In this document: positions 58,641 to 64,000 of the stretch, one piece after another | How positions within the stretch are numbered: the stretch's first letter is position 1 | How the letters are laid out: each line of letters begins with the position of its first letter | Source: an uncultured archaeon | GTDB taxonomy: Archaea > Aenigmatarchaeota > Aenigmatarchaeia > Aenigmatarchaeales > Aenigmatarchaeaceae | Direction of reading: 5' to 3' | NCBI GenBank assembly: GCA_964347265.1 | Contig: CAYFXV010000001.1 | Coordinates: forward strand, 115,876-179,875 | Length of the DNA: 64,000 nucleotides | Program-made: the position numbers and the translations under genes | Notes under the pieces: model-generated | Told to the model about the DNA's origin: nothing | Seen by the model: only the letters and a program-made list of their open reading frames with translations | The model's database searches: none

Positions 58641-59279
58641 ATGGTTAATGAAAAAATAATTGAAGTTTTGAAAAAGACTAGAGACACAAAGAAAAGAAAC
58701 TTTAAACAAAGTTTTGATCTAGCCATTAATTTAAAAAATATAGATTTAAGAAAACCTGAAAATAGAATTAAAACTGAAATAAAATTACCAAATGGTTTGG
58801 GAAAAGAAACTAAAATAGGAGTTATTGTTGATTCTCTTTTACCTCAAACAAATAACATAGAAAATATTGTTATTATTAAAAAAGATCAATTATCAGGATT
58901 CGGAAAAAATAAAAAAGAAGCAAAAAAAATTGTAAGGCAATGCAGATATTTTTTGGCTGAAGCTCCTTTAATGCCTTTAGTTGGAAAAAACTTAGGTCCT
59001 GTCTTAGCTCCTAGGAATCTTATGCCATTACCAATACCTCCAAATGCTAATTTAGGGGCAATGGTGAATGAAAAAAGAAATGTTTTAAAAATCCAGTTAA
59101 AAGAATCTCCAACAATTCATGTAGGTATTGGAACAGAAGATATGGATGATCAAAAAATTGCTGAAAATGTTGATGTTGTTATTAAAAATGTTATATCAAA
59201 ACTTCCAAAAGGTAGAGAACAGGTTAAAAATTATGTTATTAAATTAACAATGGGTAAACCTGTTAAGTTTAAGTTGTGA
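58641..59279 (+). CDS. rpl1: Ribosomal protein L1 (uL1)
   Basis: MVNEKIIEVLKKTRDTKKRNFKQSFDLAINLKNIDLRKPENRIK... fits the archaeal L1 pattern. ATG at 58641; the ORF track's TTG at 58617 is less likely. Confidence 0.8.
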   Translation: MVNEKIIEVLKKTRDTKKRNFKQSFDLAINLKNIDLRKPENRIKTEIKLPNGLGKETKIGVIVDSLLPQTNNIENIVIIKKDQLSGFGKNKKEAKKIVRQCRYFLAEAPLMPLVGKNLGPVLAPRNLMPLPIPPNANLGAMVNEKRNVLKIQLKESPTIHVGIGTEDMDDQKIAENVDVVIKNVISKLPKGREQVKNYVIKLTMGKPVKFKL

Positions 59280-59283
59280 TTAT

Positions 59284-59742
59284 ATGACTGTAAATTGGGA
59301 TTCATTTGAAAAGGGAGTTTTCCTAGTTAATTGTCTAGCTATAATTTATAAAGATGGAAAAATTCTAATTGGAAGAATAGGAAAAGATCCTCATATAAAA
59401 GAATTAACTTGGCGTTTCCCTGGAGGAAGACCTAGATATGATAAACCTTTGGAAAAATCATTAAAAGAAGAAGTTAAGAAAAAAACTAATATTGATGTTA
59501 AAGTAAAGAAACTAATCTTTGCAAGAATTTATCCAGAAAAAAAAGAATTTTTATCTTTATATTATCTTTGTGAGTTTTATTTGTGTGAACCTATTGGTGG
59601 AATTGAAAAACCAGGAGAAAAATTTAAAGAATTAAAATGGATAAAACCAACAGAAGTTACTAAATATTTTACAACATCAATAGACCCTTTCATTTTAGAG
59701 TTTTTGAAAAAATTAGAGAGTGGAGAATATGAAAAAAGGTAG
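59284..59742 (+). CDS. Nudix-fold protein with a degenerate Nudix box (catalytic Glu positions replaced by Lys), inserted between the L1 and P0 genes
   Basis: WRFPGGRPRYDKPLEKSLKEEVKKKTNIDV aligns with the Nudix consensus WEFPGGK.E.GE...AL.RELKEELGI but reads EEVKKK where REuxEE is expected. Overlaps the P0 start by 14 nt. Confidence 0.5.
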   Translation: MTVNWDSFEKGVFLVNCLAIIYKDGKILIGRIGKDPHIKELTWRFPGGRPRYDKPLEKSLKEEVKKKTNIDVKVKKLIFARIYPEKKEFLSLYYLCEFYLCEPIGGIEKPGEKFKELKWIKPTEVTKYFTTSIDPFILEFLKKLESGEYEKR

Positions 59743-60571
59743 GGAAGAGGTAAAACCTAAGAAAATAAAAGCTGTAGAAGATTTAGCTAATTTAATTAAT
59801 AGTTATAGTGTTGTAGGTATCTTAGATCTTTATAAAACTCCTGCTTCAGTTCTACAAACAACAAAAACAATTCTTAGAGGAAGAGCTCTTATAAAGGTTG
59901 CTAAAAAGAACATCATGGTACGTGCTTTAGAAAATGCTGGTAAAGAGAGTTTAAAAGAATTCACTGAAGGCTATCCTGCATTAATACTAACAAAAGAAGA
60001 TCCTTTCAAGATATATAATTTCTTGCAAAGAAAAAAAGTTTCTGCACCTGCAAAGCCAGGCGATATTCCAGAAGAAGATATAGAAATTAAAGCTGGTCCT
60101 ACAGATCTTATGCCTGGTCCTGCTATTTCAACTCTAACAAAAGTTAAAATTCCTGCAAAAGTTGAAGCTGGGAAAATTGCTGTTATTAGAGATAAGGTTG
60201 TTGCTAAAGCTGGTGAAAAAATTTCTTTGGATTTGGCATCTGCTTTACAATTATTAAAATTAAAACCAATGGAAGTTGGATTGAATGTTGTTGTTTTAGA
60301 AGAAAAAGGAATACTCTATAAAGGAGAACAATTGTTTATAGACGAGGAAAAAGTATTTAATGATTTTCGAACTGCAATACAAAATGCATTTAATTTGTCA
60401 ATAAATTCTGCATATCCAACAAAAGTAACTATTAGTTTAATAATTACTAAAGCATTTTTGAATGCAAAACAATTGGGATTGGAAGCTGGAATAATTGAAC
60501 CTGGAATTATTGAAGATTTAATAGCAAAAGCGAAAGTGCAGGCTGAGGCTTTGAAAGCAAAGGTTGGTTAA
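59729..60571 (+). CDS. rplP0: Ribosomal stalk protein P0 (uL10), short form lacking the C-terminal acidic tail
   Basis: KIKAVEDLANLINSYSVVGILDLYKTPASVLQTTKTILRGRALIKVAKKNIMVRALENAG fits the archaeal P0 N-domain. Ends ...AKAKVQAEALKAKVG without the EE...GLFG tail. ATG at 59729. Confidence 0.75.
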   Translation: MKKGREEVKPKKIKAVEDLANLINSYSVVGILDLYKTPASVLQTTKTILRGRALIKVAKKNIMVRALENAGKESLKEFTEGYPALILTKEDPFKIYNFLQRKKVSAPAKPGDIPEEDIEIKAGPTDLMPGPAISTLTKVKIPAKVEAGKIAVIRDKVVAKAGEKISLDLASALQLLKLKPMEVGLNVVVLEEKGILYKGEQLFIDEEKVFNDFRTAIQNAFNLSINSAYPTKVTISLIITKAFLNAKQLGLEAGIIEPGIIEDLIAKAKVQAEALKAKVG

Positions 60572-60572
60572 C

Positions 60573-61007
60573 ATGATTGAAATAGTCGAAACTAAAGATT
60601 ATGAAAAAATTTGCAAATTAGCAAAAGCTGGTGGAGCAGATATGCATGATTTAGAGAAACTTGATTTAGTATGGATGGCTCTAGTTGACAAAGAAGAGGT
60701 TGGTGTATCTGGAATAAGGAATTTTGAAAAATATTATGTTGTTGATATGTTGGCTGTAAAGCCAGAATTTCATAAAAAAGGCATAGAAAAGAAATTATTA
60801 GAAGCAATCATAGAACATGCCAAAAAAAACAAAATTAAAACTCTTTATACTATGTTTAAGAAAAGTCATAGAGAGTTTGGTTTAGAGGTTGGTTTTAAAC
60901 TTATTAATTTTGATGAACTGCCAAAAGATTATGATGGTGCATGTTTAACATGTGATCAAAGAGGTGAAACATGTTTTCCTGAACCTATGGAATTAAATTT
61001 GAGGTGA
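60573..61007 (+). CDS. GNAT-family N-acetyltransferase located between the P0 and P1 genes
   Basis: LAVKPEFHKKGIEKKLLEAIIEHAKKN matches GNAT motif A (h.V.P..+G.GIG..LL). 145 aa, typical GNAT size. ATG at 60573, 2 nt after the P0 stop. Confidence 0.6.
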   Translation: MIEIVETKDYEKICKLAKAGGADMHDLEKLDLVWMALVDKEEVGVSGIRNFEKYYVVDMLAVKPEFHKKGIEKKLLEAIIEHAKKNKIKTLYTMFKKSHREFGLEVGFKLINFDELPKDYDGACLTCDQRGETCFPEPMELNLR

Positions 61008-61011
61008 TAAA

Positions 61012-61677
61012 ATGCCAATATTGTTTAACTTCAAAGTGTGTGACAATGCGTCTGCGTGTAATGGAATAGGTGCTTGTCCAGTAAAAGCAATAACTTGGAA
61101 TGATGAACAAAAAACTTTAGTTGTTGATAATTCAAAATGTACTAGTTGTGGACTTTGTGCAAAAGCTTGCCCTGTTCCAGAAGCTATTTTAGTTGTAAAA
61201 ACAGAGGAAGATTTTGAAAAAATAAAAAATCAAGTAGAAGATGATCCAAGAACTAGAGCAGAACTATTAAAAGATAGATATGGTGTTGCACCGACAGATC
61301 TTAATCTAGTTTTAACTATGGCAAATTTCAATAAAGAAGTGTTAGAAACTGATAGAATTGTTATTGTTGATTTTTGGGATGAACCACATGTATCTTGCAG
61401 ATTATTTTCTATACCGTTTGAAAACATATTACCAAAAAAAACATTTATTTCAGAAATAATGAAAATGGGAAATCTCGAAGATTTGAAGTTCAGATTTAGA
61501 AAAGTTGATGTAGAAAAAAATCCTGAAATTGCTACAAGATATAATGTAAAAGAAATTCCTTCACTATTAATATTTTGGAAAGGAAAATCAATAGGAAGAA
61601 TTGAAGGTAAATTTAAAGTCGAAAAGGAGAAAGAACTCAGAAAGAAAATAGCAGAAGTACTAAAACAAATAAGGTGA
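61012..61677 (+). CDS. Fusion of an N-terminal ferredoxin-like Cys-cluster module and a C-terminal thioredoxin-fold domain with the CxxC active site lost
   Basis: [14 protein letters not shown] (C-x5-C-x5-CP) and [12 protein letters not shown] (C-x2-C-x2-C-x3-CP) give 7 Cys. The C-terminus [17 protein letters not shown]...[54 protein letters not shown] parallels thioredoxin hhVDFWA.WCGPCK...NP..A..Y.I..IPTLLLFKNGE... but has DEPH in place of CGPC. Confidence 0.6.
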   Translation: MPILFNFKVCDNASACNGIGACPVKAITWNDEQKTLVVDNSKCTSCGLCAKACPVPEAILVVKTEEDFEKIKNQVEDDPRTRAELLKDRYGVAPTDLNLVLTMANFNKEVLETDRIVIVDFWDEPHVSCRLFSIPFENILPKKTFISEIMKMGNLEDLKFRFRKVDVEKNPEIATRYNVKEIPSLLIFWKGKSIGRIEGKFKVEKEKELRKKIAEVLKQIR

Positions 61678-61681
61678 TGTT

Positions 61682-61987
61682 ATGGAATACATATATTCAG
61701 CACTTTTGCTTCACTCTGCTAAACAAGAAGTGAATGCTGAAAACGTAACAAAGGTGTTACAAGCAGCTGGTATAACACCAGATGAAACACGAGTAAAGGC
61801 AATGGTAGCATCTTTAGATGGAGTTAATATTGAAGAAGCAATAAGCAAAGCAGCAATGCCAGTGGCAGCAGCTGCACCAGCAGCAGAAGCAAAAGGAAAA
61901 GAGGAAAATAAAGAAAAGGAAAAAGAAGAAGATGTTGAAAAAAGAGCAGAACAGGCTGTAGAAGGTTTGGCTGGTTTGTTTGGTTAA
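61682..61987 (+). CDS. rpl12: Ribosomal stalk protein P1 (archaeal L12 / aP1)
   Basis: [35 protein letters not shown]...[39 protein letters not shown] is the canonical archaeal P1 N-terminus with an Ala-rich hinge and acidic GLFG tail. Confidence 0.85.
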   Translation: MEYIYSALLLHSAKQEVNAENVTKVLQAAGITPDETRVKAMVASLDGVNIEEAISKAAMPVAAAAPAAEAKGKEENKEKEKEEDVEKRAEQAVEGLAGLFG

Positions 61988-61999
61988 TATTTTTAAGAA

Positions 62000-63064
62000 C
62001 TAGCCTAACTTTCCTATAGCTTCTCCTCTAACTGTTTTTCTAAAATCACTACTCTCTTTAGCTAATCTCTCTCTATTTTCTTCTGTTATCATTTCAGCTT
62101 GAGGAAAATATTTTGGATTTTGTTTAACTCTTCCTCCATAAGGTGCTAGTGAATTCAATTTATCAACCCAAGTGAAAACACCCGCTTTTCCATCTCTACT
62201 AAAAACATCTGCAATATAAGATGTTATTTGAGTATTTGGTGAAAGGACTGCAATTTCTGCTTCTCTAACAGCATAATCATTACCATTAAAGGAAACTGTT
62301 AATCCTCCAGCATTTCTAACCAATCGGTAAGCGTAAACATCTGTAATACTATCTCCAACATATATTGTATTTTCAAGTTCTCCGTTACGTTTTGAAACAA
62401 AATCTTTAACTGCATTTGCTTTTTCAATTCCTCCTATTGGGTTAACATCTTTTAGCATTTCACCAACTTTCATCTTAGCAATTTTTTCCCAAATTATTTC
62501 ATCTATTGCTTTTACTTTTAGTCTATCTATTTCAGAAAGATCTTTTAGAGACTTAGCTCCTTTAGGAATAGAAATATTAGACATATCTAGTATATCTCTT
62601 CTAAATTCTTCTAGTTTTGATTTTTCTCTATCAGTTATACCATACTTATCAATATTCATCTTTGTACAATAAGCATTTTCATAAGAAAAACTAACAAGAT
62701 CACAAACAGAACTTACATAGTGTTCGTAACTTGTACTAATAACAGCTGAGGGCATTATTCCACTAACAAACTTTAATGTTTCAGCTGCTCCTGGAACTAA
62801 CAAAACGTTTTTAGGATTTGAAGAATAATTAACAATTTCTTCATTTGTCACTCCAACTGCCTTAAAGAATGGAAGTATTAATTTTAAAGTGTCTCCAGCT
62901 TTATACCCCTTCCTTTTAACAATGTCTGCTTGGACATCATCGTATGCACTTAATACAGAAAATAATGTATCCCCATCTTCTATAAAACGATCTGCTAATT
63001 CAAAAGCATTGTCATTTTTTGAAAAAGGACCTTCTAAATCACTTGTAAAAATCATTTGTTGCAT
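62000..63064 (-). CDS. HAD-superfamily-like (Cof-type) hydrolase with an unusual D-x-E motif I
   Basis: MQQMIFTSDLEGPF is motif I-like (DLEG instead of DxDG). TIYVGDSITDVYAYRLVRNAGGLTVSFNGNDYAVREAEIAV fits motif IV and the Cof-like C-terminal pattern. 354 aa. Convergent with the P1 gene, 12 bp apart. Confidence 0.4.
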   Translation of the reverse strand: MQQMIFTSDLEGPFSKNDNAFELADRFIEDGDTLFSVLSAYDDVQADIVKRKGYKAGDTLKLILPFFKAVGVTNEEIVNYSSNPKNVLLVPGAAETLKFVSGIMPSAVISTSYEHYVSSVCDLVSFSYENAYCTKMNIDKYGITDREKSKLEEFRRDILDMSNISIPKGAKSLKDLSEIDRLKVKAIDEIIWEKIAKMKVGEMLKDVNPIGGIEKANAVKDFVSKRNGELENTIYVGDSITDVYAYRLVRNAGGLTVSFNGNDYAVREAEIAVLSPNTQITSYIADVFSRDGKAGVFTWVDKLNSLAPYGGRVKQNPKYFPQAEMITEENRERLAKESSDFRKTVRGEAIGKLG

Positions 63065-63170
63065 GAAAAAAATACTAATTTTAAAAATTTATAGTCAATT
63101 TTGTAATGCGTAGCAATTACATAGTAAAATTCAACAAAGCTTAAATCTTTTTACTATATTAATACTTAGT

Positions 63171-64000
63171 ATGGGATTAATGAAATTATTACCAATAACA
63201 CTTTTAGCATTAGTTCTTGCAGCAACACTAGTTAGAGCTGCCCATATACCAGAAGTTTTACTAAATCCTTCTGAATGGGCTGCTAACACTGAAAAAGAAC
63301 TTTATTTGTCAGTAAAGAATTCAGACGAAGATAACATAATAAAAGTAGAAATAGAAGTTCCGGAAGCTTTAGACGAAACACCAATATATGAGATAGTTGA
63401 TGTAGGGATGCCTGCAGGATGGACATACCAGCAATTTTCTAAAAAGATAGTATGGACAGCAACTGGAGTAGGAATTGGAGTCGGGGAAACTGTAGAATTT
63501 GGTTTTATAGCTGTATCACCAGAATCAGGGGAATATGAATGGACTTGGAGAACACATGACAGCGTGGACACATACGCAGGAACATCCACAACAAGAGTTT
63601 CAGCAGCTCCAGTATCTTATTTCAAGATATTTGGTGTTTCAGAAAAAACAAAGGCCGGAAATCTTCTTAGAATAACAGTTAAAGCATATGCAGAAGATGA
63701 TACAGTAAAAACAGATTATACTGGAATAGTTAGTTTTACTTCAACAGATTCAAGAGCAATATTGCCTTCTGATTACATATTCACCAGTTTAGACAAAGGT
63801 TCTAGAGAATTCTTAGTAACTTACAAAACAATAGGAGACCAAACATTTACTATTACTGATTGGACTTCAAAAATTACAAAACAATCAATTATAACAAATG
63901 TTGAACCTGGACCTGCAATATCAATAACTATAAGTCCTGAAGGTTCTGAAGTAAGTCCAGGAAGTTCAATAACATTTGAAGCAGAAGGAAAAGACAAATT
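63171..64000 (+). CDS. Secreted protein with a Sec signal peptide and Ig-like (Big-type) beta-sandwich repeats; 3' partial, runs off the window end
   Basis: ATG at 63171 gives MGLMKLLPITLLALVLAATLVRAAHIPEV... The frame stays open to nt 64000 (translated by hand; no in-frame stop). Absent from the ORF track, probably because it has no stop. The listed antisense ORF 63302..63589 is its shadow. Confidence 0.55.
   Translation, partial: MGLMKLLPITLLALVLAATLVRAAHIPEVLLNPSEWAANTEKELYLSVKNSDEDNIIKVEIEVPEALDETPIYEIVDVGMPAGWTYQQFSKKIVWTATGVGIGVGETVEFGFIAVSPESGEYEWTWRTHDSVDTYAGTSTTRVSAAPVSYFKIFGVSEKTKAGNLLRITVKAYAEDDTVKTDYTGIVSFTSTDSRAILPSDYIFTSLDKGSREFLVTYKTIGDQTFTITDWTSKITKQSIITNVEPGPAISITISPEGSEVSPGSSITFEAEGKDK

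Noticed and set aside
1-64000. tRNA, rRNA or other structured RNA genes
   Set aside because: No GC-rich islands or cloverleaf-compatible segments are seen in the few AT-rich intergenic regions; the only GC island (28540–28620) is coding Gly/Ala codons.

Overview
Low-GC (~30% G+C), Asn/Lys-rich sequence of archaeal origin. The archaeal assignment rests on the ribosomal L1–P0–P1(L12) stalk cluster at 58.6–62.0 kb, with P1 beginning [11 protein letters not shown] and ending GLAGLFG. Short P0 and P1 and giant surface-protein genes hint at a DPANN-like or small-genome archaeon, but that is inference only. The window is dominated by a cell-surface gene island. (i) One uninterrupted ORF of more than 10,140 codons (2..30505) is open at the window start, so it is 5' partial. 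It encodes ~29 repetitive ~350-aa modules saturated with N-x-S/T glycosylation sequons, and ends in a Pro/Thr plus Gly/Ala linker, one TM helix and a cytoplasmic HerA/FtsK-superfamily (DUF87-like) P-loop ATPase domain (Walker A AAGGTGSGKT, Walker B LLVVYDEVH). I regard this adhesin–TM–motor-ATPase fusion as the most unusual feature. (ii) An ATGA-overlapping K/E-rich coiled-coil protein gene follows it. (iii) Three further large sequon-rich membrane-anchored surface proteins (1964, 797 and 1757 aa) and several smaller secreted or membrane proteins follow, many carrying perfect or near-perfect internal duplications and inter-gene shared segments, which points to ongoing gene conversion and domain shuffling. 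(iv) Two tandem paralogous secreted-protein genes on the minus strand share a 793-bp identical 3' block. (v) Two MinD/ParA-type deviant Walker ATPase genes each sit stop/start-overlapped behind an upstream gene. (vi) A small winged-helix regulator has palindromes in its upstream region. (vii) The ribosomal stalk operon is interrupted by a Nudix-like gene with a degenerate box, a GNAT acetyltransferase gene and a ferredoxin–thioredoxin-like fusion with a lost CxxC. I found no rRNA, tRNA, CRISPR array or transposase. All calls come from reading the sequence and the six-frame ORF track; no database search was possible.
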